Under the pieces are notes generated by a model that saw only the letters and a program-made list of their open reading frames with translations, ran no database searches and was not told where the DNA came from. From Cyanobacteria bacterium J06626_4 (GTDB taxonomy: Bacteria > Cyanobacteriota > Cyanobacteriia > Phormidesmidales > Phormidesmidaceae): 27,729 bases of DNA. A program made the translations under genes and the position numbers. Location: NCBI GenBank assembly GCA_038523235.1, contig JBCBJQ010000077.1, positions 1-27,729 on the forward strand. Direction: 5' to 3'. Positions 1 through 8,697 of this stretch are shown here, piece after piece. Each line of letters starts with the position of its first letter. Positions within the stretch are counted from its first letter, which is position 1.

Positions 1-82
1 TGATTGAGCGGAGTCGAAATCAGCGACCGGTTTAACACTTAATTTGACCCAGCTACTTACAAATAACAGTGCTCAAGAGAAC

Positions 83-712
83 ATGCCCCTGATTGAATTA
101 GGTTTGCCAACCCCCAAGTCACTGCGAGGCGGGTGGGCGGCAATGGCAGCAGTCCTCGCTGCCAGAGGATGGGACGGTGATGTCTACGCTACTTCCAACC
201 AATGGCTATATCAGGATGGCGGTGGCAACTGGGCTGGTCTGCGTTTTCAAGCTCAGAACAGAGCGGTGCTGTTAGGCCACGACCATGAATACTCAGACAC
301 TTATTTTGGTGCAGCTGCCAGGTATTTCGAGAAGGAAGAGACTGACCTGCTAGCGGACGCCCCTGACTGGTGGAGCCGAGATTTAGACCCGCCCCCAGTG
401 GGTGAATGGATTAGCTTTATCTATGGTTGGGATGGTCATCGGTGGCAGCGAGCCGCCTACGATCAGCGCGATGGCTTTGAGCAAGTTGGTTTGCTCAGAG
501 CCTGCAGTGTCGGCAGCACCGAGTTGTTGAGCCAGTTTGTGGTGGATGCTCCCGGTCTCAAAGGAGAACCGCCTGACCCTAGGGCCCTCTCTGCACTGGT
601 TGCTGCTGATGGCGATGTGACAGATGCCATACTGAAGGCTGTAGTCCCCGGCTGGAACATTGCGGCTGGCGTTGCGGCAGCCCGCAAATTCCTTGCGGCT
701 GGCGTTGCCTAA
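83..712 (+). CDS. Hypothetical protein (about 209 aa)
   Basis: Open ORF from 44 (TTG); ATG at 83 preferred. Trp/Gly-rich sequence with no motif I recognise. The stop codon lies inside an attC-like left end. Confidence 0.75.
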   Translation: MPLIELGLPTPKSLRGGWAAMAAVLAARGWDGDVYATSNQWLYQDGGGNWAGLRFQAQNRAVLLGHDHEYSDTYFGAAARYFEKEETDLLADAPDWWSRDLDPPPVGEWISFIYGWDGHRWQRAAYDQRDGFEQVGLLRACSVGSTELLSQFVVDAPGLKGEPPDPRALSALVAADGDVTDAILKAVVPGWNIAAGVAAARKFLAAGVA

Positions 713-797
713 TCCCTCACAGTAGAGGACACGGGTGCTCGTGCAATGGGTGGCCTCTCATATTTTTGCCGTGCCCCTCAGCGCCAAAACATTTTGC
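707..797 (+). mobile_element. Degenerate integron attC-like site
   Basis: GCCTAAT (RYYYAAC-like, contains the stop codon), a 5-nt spacer, imperfect inverted arms GAGGACACGG (725-734) / CCGTGCCCCTC (769-779), then AAAC-ATTTTGC where GTTRRRY is expected. Confidence 0.4.
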
Positions 798-832
798 TGA
801 TACGAGTCTCATAACTTGCAGGGTGAAATCGG

Positions 833-1342
833 GTGGCAGTGATTAGACAAGCCGAATCCTTAACTGCTCAAGAAAAGCAGCAGCTTTTTGGTTGGGCGGA
901 GAATGTCTTTGGTGTGGAGCCCCTCCAATTAAGTTGGAGACCGAAAGACTTGCATTTCCTGTTCGATTCAGATGGCAAGGCCATTAGTCATGTCGGTATT
1001 CTCAAACATGAGGTCACCGTCAATGGCGAGGCGATCACCGTCGGCGGTGTCGGCGGGGTTGTAACCGTACCGGCAGCAAAGAAGCAAGGTCTGGCACGTC
1101 AGCTCATGCAGCATACGGCAATTGTTTTGGCGCGCGAATGGCAAGTTGCCGCTGGGCTACTCTTTTGTCTGCCAGCAATGGTGGCGTATTACGAAGCGCT
1201 GGGGTGGCAGAGAGTAGAAACCCCCGTGCTGATCGAACAGCCGACGGGAGCGATTCCTGCGCCTCTGTCCGTCATGATGTTGCCGCTTTGTCGAGAGGAG
1301 TGGCTTGATGAAAGCATTGAGCTTCGCAGTCTACCTTGGTGA
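833..1342 (+). CDS. GNAT family N-acetyltransferase (AAC(2')/Eis-like)
   Basis: Motif A VGGVVTVPAAKKQGLARQLM; YYEALGW motif B; 169 aa. Confidence 0.85.
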   Translation: MAVIRQAESLTAQEKQQLFGWAENVFGVEPLQLSWRPKDLHFLFDSDGKAISHVGILKHEVTVNGEAITVGGVGGVVTVPAAKKQGLARQLMQHTAIVLAREWQVAAGLLFCLPAMVAYYEALGWQRVETPVLIEQPTGAIPAPLSVMMLPLCREEWLDESIELRSLPW

Positions 1343-1674
1343 AGAGTGCGAAGAAGGACTGCGGGCCAGACAGTACTGCAACGCCATGTACTCCGCTATT
1401 GAGGGATTATCGATCAGTTTTCAAGCGCATCGCAGCAGGTCATGGAGAGAGTCAACTGGCGTTTGGCATGGTGTTATTGAGTTAGTGAGCGCAAAAGGTT
1501 GAGTCGTTGGCAAGTCGCCAACAGGTTGGCTCGCACCAGATTTTCAATGAATACGATCGCACTTCTGGTTGCCGATGCATCAACTGCTCAATTTGCAGAG
1601 CCCTGAGCACCAATTTTGTAGTACGTTGTAGTATATTCCTGAAGCTTGCAGAATTGACTGGAATTCATCTAGAA

Positions 1675-2154
1675 ATGCGCCTTGAACCCTACTCCCCTGG
1701 TCATCTTGATGCGATTATTCGACTGTCGCTGCGGGCCTGGACTCCCGTCTTTGATTCAATGCAGCAAACGATGAACGCGGACGTGTACCAGGCGTTCTAT
1801 CCCGATCATTGGCGGGTGAGCCAGCGGGCCGCTGTCGAGGAGGTCTGCGCTGCAGCCGATACCTACGTCTGGGTGGCGATCGCCGCCGATGCCGCAGTGG
1901 GGTTTATTGCGGTGAAACTACACTCAGAAGACCGCATGGGAGAAGTCTATATGGTCGCGGTCGATCCAGACTTTCAAGGTCAGGGCATGGGTACTGCGCT
2001 GTTAGAATTTGCCCTCAATTGGATGAAAGAGTCTGGCATGGCGATCGCGATGGTTGAGACTGGCGGTGATCGCGGTCATGCCCCGGCCCGCCAAACCTAT
2101 GAAAAAGTCGGTTTCGAGGTGTGGCCAGTCGCTAGATACTTCAAACCGCTCTGA
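1675..2154 (+). CDS. GNAT family N-acetyltransferase
   Basis: VAVDPDFQGQGMGTALL acetyl-CoA motif; ARQTYEKVGF. ATG 1675 is preferred over the 1507 TTG extension. Confidence 0.9.
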   Translation: MRLEPYSPGHLDAIIRLSLRAWTPVFDSMQQTMNADVYQAFYPDHWRVSQRAAVEEVCAAADTYVWVAIAADAAVGFIAVKLHSEDRMGEVYMVAVDPDFQGQGMGTALLEFALNWMKESGMAIAMVETGGDRGHAPARQTYEKVGFEVWPVARYFKPL

Positions 2155-2260
2155 AGTCAAAGGCCGGTCTCTAGGACTGCCGCAATCCTAGCCATCCGTA
2201 ATCAAAACCAAGATTTTGTAGGATGAACCTATCAACCCTTGAGAACACCAGTAAGAGCCT

Positions 2261-2458
2261 ATGAATACGATGCTGTGGTTTGGAATCATGGGCTTTACTA
2301 TTGTGATCTCATTAAACGCGATCGCGCTGCTCGCTTCCGCTGCTAATCCATCGACTGCTCTGTTTTTCTCAACCGGTTGGTGGGGCGTTTGGTTCCCCAT
2401 CTACTTAGTGTGGTTTATCTTTGCCGTGACCGGGTTGGGCATAAAGCTGTCACCTTAA
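2261..2458 (+). CDS. Small membrane protein (two TM helices)
   Basis: 65 aa with two hydrophobic segments, ATG start after AAGAG, same strand as neighbours. Confidence 0.6.
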   Translation: MNTMLWFGIMGFTIVISLNAIALLASAANPSTALFFSTGWWGVWFPIYLVWFIFAVTGLGIKLSP

Positions 2459-2625
2459 GGGTTGCTCGGAAGCTCATAGTTAAGTTAACGCCACCTGACG
2501 AACAGTCATGAGTAATGGCAGTCACGCTTGACCCATGGAATTTAAGCGCACTTCATCAAAATCGTCCGCAGGTTGCTACGTCAGAAAGTCATAGCAGCCT
2601 GCGGGCGATCATAGTGAATCTGGAT

Positions 2626-3447
2626 TTAGTCAGGAATCAGAGCCCAATCGACTGGCATCATGCTCGCTACCAACTCAAATCCCCCATCACCATCTGGCTT
2701 GACAACATAAGCCACACCCTGGGGTTCTGGATAGATGCCCGTGGCAGACTCAAAAACGTCATCGTGACCCACCAAGATAGTATTCGTCCCCGCTGGCGGC
2801 ACTGCCGTCAAGAACGGCATCACGGCATCTCGCATCTGAGCGAACTGCTCGTCAGTATATTCTTCGGCAGGATAAAAGTTGAGAGCAGGGCTTTTCTCAT
2901 AATCCCCAAAAGCCAAAAAGGCGGTTTGCCAAGCCCGACAATATTGACTGGAAATGACTTGATCAATGGGAATATCTAAGTCCTCAAAGGCTGCACCAAT
3001 CACTCTGGCTTGTCGCCAGCCATATTCACTCAGCGTGCGCTGGGTTGAACAATCATTCAAAACGATGTTGGGATCGGCCTGGTCGGCATAGTCACTTTCA
3101 GTCCGAGCATGCCGAAAGTAGATGACGTATCCCCCTTGCCGCAGTTCGTCGCGCAAAGCGGTGCCCTCCAGCTGGCTGACAAATTCACCGGAGTAAGCGC
3201 CAGCTTCGCCGCCTTCACCACCTTCGCCGCCTTCACCAGCTTCGCCGCCTTCACCACCTTCGCCGCCTTCACCACCTTCGCCGCCTTCACCGCCTTCGCC
3301 GCCTTGAGTAATCAACGTCTCTAAAGCGACGTCTGCGGCTTCAGGGGACGTGGTTTCTACTAAGTCGGCAGCAATCGCGCCATGGGCCCCAAGGGCCAAA
3401 CATACAGTTGTCAAAAAAAGCTCTGTAGACTTAAGTTGATGAGCCAT
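2626..3447 (-). CDS. Exported histidine phosphatase (phosphoglycerate mutase/SixA-like) with N-terminal (GGE)n tract
   Basis: YFRHA catalytic motif, SSQYCRAWQTA, LVGHD; signal-peptide-like N-terminus ending AIA-A. Confidence 0.85.
   Translation of the reverse strand: MAHQLKSTELFLTTVCLALGAHGAIAADLVETTSPEAADVALETLITQGGEGGEGGEGGEGGEGGEGGEAGEGGEGGEGGEAGAYSGEFVSQLEGTALRDELRQGGYVIYFRHARTESDYADQADPNIVLNDCSTQRTLSEYGWRQARVIGAAFEDLDIPIDQVISSQYCRAWQTAFLAFGDYEKSPALNFYPAEEYTDEQFAQMRDAVMPFLTAVPPAGTNTILVGHDDVFESATGIYPEPQGVAYVVKPDGDGGFELVASMMPVDWALIPD
3205..3303 (-). repeat. In-frame 9-bp tandem repeat, 11 units, encoding (GGE)7-AGE-(GGE)3
   Basis: Alternating ccttcgccg / ccttcacca units visible on the + strand. 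Confidence 0.95.
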
Positions 3448-3451
3448 CTTA

Positions 3452-3517
3452 ATTGGGAGTTGCTTGCAATAAGAAAATCAGTATAGACATTACTGTGGTG
3501 CGAGATCAGTTGTCAAT
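3452..3517 (-). promoter_or_regulatory. Promoter (TTGACA-N18-TAATGT) with Fur-like boxes upstream of the histidine phosphatase
   Basis: Minus-strand ATTGCAAGCAACTCCCAAT (3452-3470) resembles the boxes before the AraC genes. A second weaker box (3499-3517) overlaps TTGACA (3511-3516). Confidence 0.55.
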
Positions 3518-3753
3518 AAAGGATCAGATTTTTTACAGGTATGATCGGCGATCAAATGGATGACAGCACCATAGAAATAGATAGAATTAACTTCTGAATA
3601 GTCTTCTAGACGAAGCCAAGTCCCTAGGATTTCTCCAACATTAATTAGTCTGAATGATCTAGTCGTAAAGCCTCAGCTGAAATTAGATTGCATTAACCAG
3701 GTCATATATTCTTCGCACTATTCATGACGAAGCGAGGCTTCAAGAGAGAACCG

Positions 3754-4377
3754 ATGACAACTGTTCCAGGCACTGCCGGTTACGACAGGTCAATCCAGCA
3801 ATTCATTGCCAGTAGCCAAGCGCTGGACTTTGCGGAGGTTTGCCAAGCCTTTGTGGATTATCTGCCTCCACTGCCTGGGCACGTTTTAGATGCCGGTGCC
3901 GGCGCGGGGCAGAACGCTGCCGCGATCGCAAAAATGGGACACGCGGTGGTCGCAGTTGAACCCATACCAGACTTTTTGGCGGCAGCGCGGACTACATATG
4001 CCGACCTGTCAATCACGTGGCTAAACGACAGCTTGCCGAGACTTGAGCAGTTAGGGTCAGCGTCAGCGCAATTCGACTTCATTCTGGTCGATGGGGTTTG
4101 GCATCATCTGGACGAAGCCGCGCGCGCGATCGCTATGGCTCGCTTCGCCTTGCTGCTAAAGCCTGGGGGCAGATGTGCCCTCTCGCTGCGCAATGGCCCA
4201 GCGGGTCTGGGCACCTGCATTTACCCCACTGATGCAAGTTGGACGATTCAGCAGGCGCAAGCCTGCGGGTTAGCGTGTGTTTTCTGCTTAGAAAATCAGC
4301 CCAGCATCTTCAGTTACAAACAAGACGTTATCTGGTCGCGCCTCGTATTGCTGAAGCCTGTATCAGAGCAATCCTAA
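3754..4377 (+). CDS. Class I SAM-dependent methyltransferase
   Basis: VLDAGAGAG motif I, AVEP, FDFILVDGVWHHL, LLKPGG. ATG 3754 follows AAGAGAG; 3724 is an alternative start. Confidence 0.9.
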   Translation: MTTVPGTAGYDRSIQQFIASSQALDFAEVCQAFVDYLPPLPGHVLDAGAGAGQNAAAIAKMGHAVVAVEPIPDFLAAARTTYADLSITWLNDSLPRLEQLGSASAQFDFILVDGVWHHLDEAARAIAMARFALLLKPGGRCALSLRNGPAGLGTCIYPTDASWTIQQAQACGLACVFCLENQPSIFSYKQDVIWSRLVLLKPVSEQS

Positions 4378-4378
4378 A

Positions 4379-4436
4379 CGCTGAATATGGCTACAGCCCT
4401 CACTGATCGATGGCTTGTGAGGGCTCGATTTCAGCG
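4379..4436. repeat. Nested palindromic element between convergent genes
   Basis: CGCTGAA (4379-4385) / TTCAGCG (4430-4436) enclose AGCCCTCAC (4395-4403) / GTGAGGGCT (4417-4425). Confidence 0.6.
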
Positions 4437-4636
4437 CTAATAAAACAGAGGGCGATCGCGTCGCTGCCTAAAGGCTGTCATCGTTTAGCGGCTGAGTCCT
4501 GATGCTGAAAGCGGTTCAGCCTCTAGCTAGGTTTACGAAGCGGGCATGATAATCCCCATACCGTCAGGCTTTCGAGTTTTATTGATGACGCGCCTTAGCA
4601 AAACACAGTGACCAATGCCGTTATCCCGCAAATCTA

Positions 4637-4921
4637 CTATTGCTGGAGATTTTGTGCAGATGACTCAACCGCCTCAAAATCCCGACAGCTTTGTGCCGCA
4701 TCGGTCATGACCTCAACGGGGTGCACCGCACATTTGAGTAAGGTGTTGTTAGAAAAGTAACGACAGCGACCGCAGGGAAAGTGCTGACTCTGTCGCCTGA
4801 GAGTACGCTGTTCTAGCACTTTGCTCACCAACTCGCTGATGCAAACCGCTAAAAATGCCAGCATGCTCAGCAGATAAACGGCTAAGCAAATGACCATAAA
4901 GCTCGTCTGCCAAAAGCTCAT
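4637..4921 (-). CDS. Small membrane-anchored Cys-rich protein (CxxCxYF...LKCAVHP...CxDF)
   Basis: N-terminal TM helix, four-Cys C-terminal motif, ATGA overlap with the upstream hydrolase stop. Confidence 0.8.
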   Translation of the reverse strand: MSFWQTSFMVICLAVYLLSMLAFLAVCISELVSKVLEQRTLRRQSQHFPCGRCRYFSNNTLLKCAVHPVEVMTDAAQSCRDFEAVESSAQNLQQ

Positions 4922-5658
4922 AGTGGGCGTTCTATCAGACTGGAACGCGGTTTACAAATCGGTTGCTGCCAAAACTGGAGGATGGCTTGGCCGGTCAACT
5001 CAGGATATTCGTAATGGAAAAAATGTCGGCCTGCCGGGCATTGCCACCGGCGATCGCCCGGCTTAAAAACTGAATTCCACTGGATTTGAGCATTCGGATC
5101 AAGAATCACGTCTTGGCTACCGTGGCACACCAGCAGCGGGGTCGCCACCGGTGCCAGCGTCAGGGCCTGGCGAGCAATCAAGCTGTGAGGTGCTAGCTCA
5201 GTATCTAAAACCCGCGTCAGCATCCGCGTAAAACGAGCCGTTATTTTGGGTGATTGCGGGCCAAACAATAGCCGTACCATCTGATTCAGCACGGTCTTAC
5301 GGCTACAGGGCAGCAAATTTCTCAGGGTGTAATAGTGGCTTTGCCAACCGATCTGTGGGTCAGCCCCCACCGAGAGCAACGTCAACGATTGCACCCGCTC
5401 AGGATGTTGCTGGGCATACAGTAGCGCTAAGAGGCCGCTGAGGCTGTGCCCCAATAGATGCACCGGGTGCGTCAAAGACTGCAGGTAGTCATGCAGCAGC
5501 GCGATCGCCACCGCCAAATCGCAGGGCTCATCAGGACTTTGAGCATATTCCCAACAATGCAGCGTAGCCTGTTGACTAAGCTGCCCCAGCAAAGGCCGAT
5601 CAAAGTGTTTAAGGGTGGGGTTGGCGCAGAGCCAGAGACCATCTGGAATCGTTGACAT
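4918..5658 (-). CDS. isiC: Alpha/beta hydrolase, IsiC-like
   Basis: GHSLSG nucleophile elbow, GSQD acid, GRHFFH His. Directly downstream of flavodoxin, as in cyanobacterial isiABC operons; the symbol rests on fold plus synteny. Confidence 0.75.
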   Translation of the reverse strand: MSTIPDGLWLCANPTLKHFDRPLLGQLSQQATLHCWEYAQSPDEPCDLAVAIALLHDYLQSLTHPVHLLGHSLSGLLALLYAQQHPERVQSLTLLSVGADPQIGWQSHYYTLRNLLPCSRKTVLNQMVRLLFGPQSPKITARFTRMLTRVLDTELAPHSLIARQALTLAPVATPLLVCHGSQDVILDPNAQIQWNSVFKPGDRRWQCPAGRHFFHYEYPELTGQAILQFWQQPICKPRSSLIERPL

Positions 5659-5796
5659 AAAGCGCTAGCCAAATTGAGTAAAAACTGGCGACTATCCCCT
5701 CCCGCTTGGAGCAGCCGCCAGCCAAAATCTAGACAAAGGAAGGTGCCTAGTCGTTAAACGCAACCAAACCATCTAGCAAGGGAATCGCGGCTTGGG

Positions 5797-5829
5797 GGGT
5801 AGGGTTCAGGGTCTAAGGCTTAGGGTTCG
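5797..5829. repeat. STRR-like heptamer repeats (AGGGTTC / AGGGTCT / AAGGCTT)
   Basis: gggtagggttcagggtctaaggcttagggttcg; reverse complement of the CCCTGAA units at 9.6 kb. Confidence 0.55.
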
Positions 5830-5883
5830 ACCTTGGACTTTGGGCCTTAGACCTGCCGCCTTGCACCTCGTACCTGCCGCCCC

Positions 5884-6396
5884 TTAAACCCCCATCGCTG
5901 ATTTAATCTGACCGCACCAGGCATTGATGCGCTCTTCGGTTTTGTCAGACTCGTTGTCATCGTCTAGGGCTAGGCCACAAAACTTACCGTCGCGAATTGC
6001 CTTAGAGTCAGTATGGTCATAGCCATCGGCCGGCCAGTAGCCCACCGTTTTACCTCCCAACTCCGCAATTTTTTCTTCCAAAATCCCCATCGCATCTTGA
6101 AAGTTGTCGGCATAGCCCACTTGATCGCCCGTGCCGAAATAGGCTACCGTTTTGCCGCTAAAGTCAACGTCGTCGAGGTCATCCAGGATGGCATCCCAAT
6201 CATCTTGCAGATCGCCGATATTCCAGGTAGGGCAGCCAATGATCAGGTAGTCGTAGTCAGCCAAATCAGCTGCACTTTTTTCGCTGATGTCATGTAGATC
6301 AACGACGGCATCACCGCCTAATGCAGTTTGCATCTGCTCCGCCGCATCAGCAGTTTTACCGGTGGTGGAACCGTAGAACAATCCAACTTTTGCCAT
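5884..6396 (-). CDS. isiB: Long-chain flavodoxin
   Basis: MAKVGLFYGSTTGKT FMN loop, IIGCPTWNIG, YFGTGDQVGYADNFQDA, GLALDDDNE; 170 aa from ATG 6396. Confidence 0.95.
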   Translation of the reverse strand: MAKVGLFYGSTTGKTADAAEQMQTALGGDAVVDLHDISEKSAADLADYDYLIIGCPTWNIGDLQDDWDAILDDLDDVDFSGKTVAYFGTGDQVGYADNFQDAMGILEEKIAELGGKTVGYWPADGYDHTDSKAIRDGKFCGLALDDDNESDKTEERINAWCGQIKSAMGV

Positions 6397-6520
6397 GATT
6401 TGTACTCTTTCAATGTCAATAAAGCCGCTGGGCTCGTCACAATAGATAGCCGCCAAGGAGAAACTGGAACCCACTAGAAAAGAAGGTTTCAGGAATGACG
6501 GTCTATCTGACGCTTTGATT

Positions 6521-6559
6521 GCTATTGAGTTTGCTTCTCAATAGCTTTAGCTCACTATA
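6521..6559 (-). promoter_or_regulatory. isiB promoter: -10 TATAGT plus palindromic Fur-like operator
   Basis: Perfect inverted repeat GCTATTGAG-N7-CTCAATAGC (6521-6545), 8 bp downstream of minus-strand TATAGT (6554-6559). Confidence 0.7.
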
Positions 6560-6798
6560 CCGTAACTTGAGATTGCTGCGATCTATTCCTATTAACAAAA
6601 AGTAAAGCGGACGTTCACGGCGATGCTGAGATAACCGATGAGTCCACCTAGGAGAACCTGCACCGCCAGCCCATTCCAGCACGGAAGCTTATTCTGACAG
6701 GGCTTAGCAAGGCTTATCTTGGCAAGCGGCACACGCTTCTGGTGCGCCTTCGCACTTGGCACTGGTCGTAGTTGGCTAAGGCTAGAGGGGTTGGCCAG

Positions 6799-6817
6799 GT
6801 TGAGAATAGCTCTCATT
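6799..6817. promoter_or_regulatory. Fur-like box upstream of the ClC gene
   Basis: GTTGAGAATAGCTCTCATT versus the window consensus AATGAGAAT-n-ATTCTCATT. Confidence 0.6.
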
Positions 6818-7032
6818 TGCCCAATGTGTCATGCTGGCCAGTCCGCTCGCTACTGCGGAGTGAAGTGCGATCGCCCTTAACGGCATCGGTCAGGAATCGG
6901 CACCAATATGCAAGCAACGCATGATGTCTATCGTCTTTGCGCATCAATCGAGCTGGGGCGGTATTAGCCATCACTCTTTGGCGGCAGGCAGGTTCATTAC
7001 TATCCCCAAACACCCTACTCAATTGAGCCTTT

Positions 7033-8379
7033 ATGACGACTGCAACCACAGAACTCGACAATCTGGTCGAGACTAAAGGCACTCAAGAACTAACTTACTT
7101 TCGGACGCTGCTTTACGCCGCGATTGTTGGTGCCGCCGGTGGCGTTGTCGCTACTGTCTATTACTTTGTTCTAGAGTTTTTGCTAGAGCTGGTTTGGGAA
7201 ACCGGTAGAGCGTCGATTGTGCCTTGGTTTCCGGCGTGGTTGCCCCACTGGCACTACACCTGGATAGTCGCCACGATTGGGGGATTCGGGGTCGGTTTGT
7301 GCTTATATTTGCTCGGACTGCCAGGGGAAATGGCCTTGGTGATCGATCGCGTGCATGATGCCGGTCGGCTAGAGCCTGAACAAACTCCTGGCATGATCGC
7401 CACGTCGCTCGTTTCGATTACGGCTGGCGGTAGCTTGGGGCCAGAAGCCCCCTTAGTGCAAATCAACGGGAGTGTGGGGAGCTGGCTGTCAGCGAAGCTC
7501 AAACTCTCGACGGAGCATACGCGCATCATGACCTTCTGCGGCATGGGAGCCGCCCTCGCGGCTTTTTTTGGTGACCCCGTCGGCGGCCCCTTGTTTGCCC
7601 TAGAAATTCCGCATCGTCGCGGGTTGGAATATTACGAAGCCATCATTCCCGCGATGGTGGCCGGTCTCTGTAGCTTTGCTGTCTTTCGCATCGGCACCGG
7701 GCTCGAAGTGGGCGGCATCTATAATTTTGGGCGGTTTGGTGAGTTGCCGACCCTGACTTGGGTAAACCTGGTAGAAGGCATTGGCTTAGGATTGGCTGGA
7801 GCGTTAGCGGGCATTGTGTTTATCGCGCTGTTTCGCCTGATCAATTGGATGATTCAAAAAATTGAGCATCGGCATATTTTACTGGCCCTGATGGGTGGCC
7901 TCGGCATCGGTTGGATTGCGGTACTTTATCCCGCTACGCTCTTTTTTAGTGAACAACAAATTGAAACTCAGTTGTTAGCAAAGTCGGCTTCTTTGGGCGT
8001 GGTCACCCTGTTGGGCCTTTGCTTGGCCAAGATGCTAGCCATTTGTTTCACCATTCATGGTGGCTTTCGAGGCGGCTTTATTTTTCCGCTATTTTTCACT
8101 GGCGCCAGCTTAGGGTTAGCCATTGCTTTTGGCATTCCGGCGATGCATCCAACAATTGCGGTGCTGTGCTGCATGGCCGCCATTAACGTCGCCATCACCA
8201 AAACCCCGGTCAGTACAACCATCATTCTGACCGTACTGTCAGACACCACGATCTTGCCCGTGATTGCGATCGCCAGCTTTACGAGCTTTCTGCTTACGAG
8301 CAATATTGGTTTGCTCAAAACTCAGCGGGCCAGAGCGACGGAAACGATCTCAGGTCTGACGCCAGAGACCTCTGCATAA
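7033..8379 (+). CDS. ClC-family chloride channel/transporter protein (no CBS domains)
   Basis: GGSLGPEAP (gating Glu), GMGAALAAFFGDPVGGPLFALE, GFRGGFIFPLF; many TM helices. Confidence 0.88.
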   Translation: MTTATTELDNLVETKGTQELTYFRTLLYAAIVGAAGGVVATVYYFVLEFLLELVWETGRASIVPWFPAWLPHWHYTWIVATIGGFGVGLCLYLLGLPGEMALVIDRVHDAGRLEPEQTPGMIATSLVSITAGGSLGPEAPLVQINGSVGSWLSAKLKLSTEHTRIMTFCGMGAALAAFFGDPVGGPLFALEIPHRRGLEYYEAIIPAMVAGLCSFAVFRIGTGLEVGGIYNFGRFGELPTLTWVNLVEGIGLGLAGALAGIVFIALFRLINWMIQKIEHRHILLALMGGLGIGWIAVLYPATLFFSEQQIETQLLAKSASLGVVTLLGLCLAKMLAICFTIHGGFRGGFIFPLFFTGASLGLAIAFGIPAMHPTIAVLCCMAAINVAITKTPVSTTIILTVLSDTTILPVIAIASFTSFLLTSNIGLLKTQRARATETISGLTPETSA

Positions 8380-8518
8380 CCTGAGTCCGACGGATGTTGG
8401 TGGGCCAGCAGGATAAGGGGAGCAGCTTTATCATTATGATTTCAGCGAATCGATCCCACCAGCCTGGTCTCAATCCGCCTCATGATTGAGAGCTGACTCA
8501 GGGGCTGAGCGCGATCGC

Positions 8519-8555
8519 AAAAAAACTCCCGGCAGATGTCTCATCTGCCGGGGGT
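8519..8555 (-). terminator. Rho-independent terminator (minus strand)
   Basis: 11-bp stem CCCGGCAGATG (8528-8538) / CATCTGCCGGG (8542-8552); A7 at 8519-8525 gives a U7 tail on the minus strand. Confidence 0.85.
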
Positions 8556-8697
8556 GGTCTGCACTGGAAACCCGAAACGTTTAAAGAACCGCAGCTAGAG
8601 CACGCGATCGCTGCTCTGGCCATTTCGCTGGAATATGCGCCCTCGCTAGCAGCACTATTGAGATCAAGCCCGCTGGCGCAAGTGCGGTTGGACGGCC

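Noticed and set aside
660..708. 16-bp direct repeat ttgcggctggcgttgc
   Set aside because: Encodes AAGVA twice within the ORF; nothing mobile lies between the copies.
1343..1674. ORF 1305-1502, the 1507 N-terminal extension, and a possible attC right end near 1486-1512
   Set aside because: No recognisable protein features, and no matching inverted left arm could be found.
2515..2979. 154-aa + strand ORF
   Set aside because: Mostly antisense to the well-supported histidine phosphatase.
3205..3303. Possible CRISPR array
   Set aside because: Contiguous 9-bp coding repeats with no spacers, and no cas genes in the window.
3057..3324. Alternative ORFs with KAAKVV and FAAFTT repeats
   Set aside because: They are other-frame readings of the GGE repeat inside the phosphatase gene.
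6397..6474. 26-aa N-terminal extension of flavodoxin
   Set aside because: Flavodoxin homology begins at MAKVGLFYG (6396).
6592..7082. Two minus-strand ORFs and GGCTTA direct repeats (6701, 6711) between isiB and ClC
   Set aside because: The ORFs overlap regulatory boxes or the ClC start and have no motifs; the repeats are too short to assign to an OmpR-type regulator.
7033..8379. Fluoride exporter CLC-F with fluoride riboswitch
   Set aside because: CLC-F signature motifs are absent and no riboswitch-like leader was recognised.
8428..8491. Fur half-site TTATCATTAT and hairpin TCTCAATC/GATTGAGA downstream of ClC
   Set aside because: Half-site only, with no gene to control; the hairpin lacks a U-tract.
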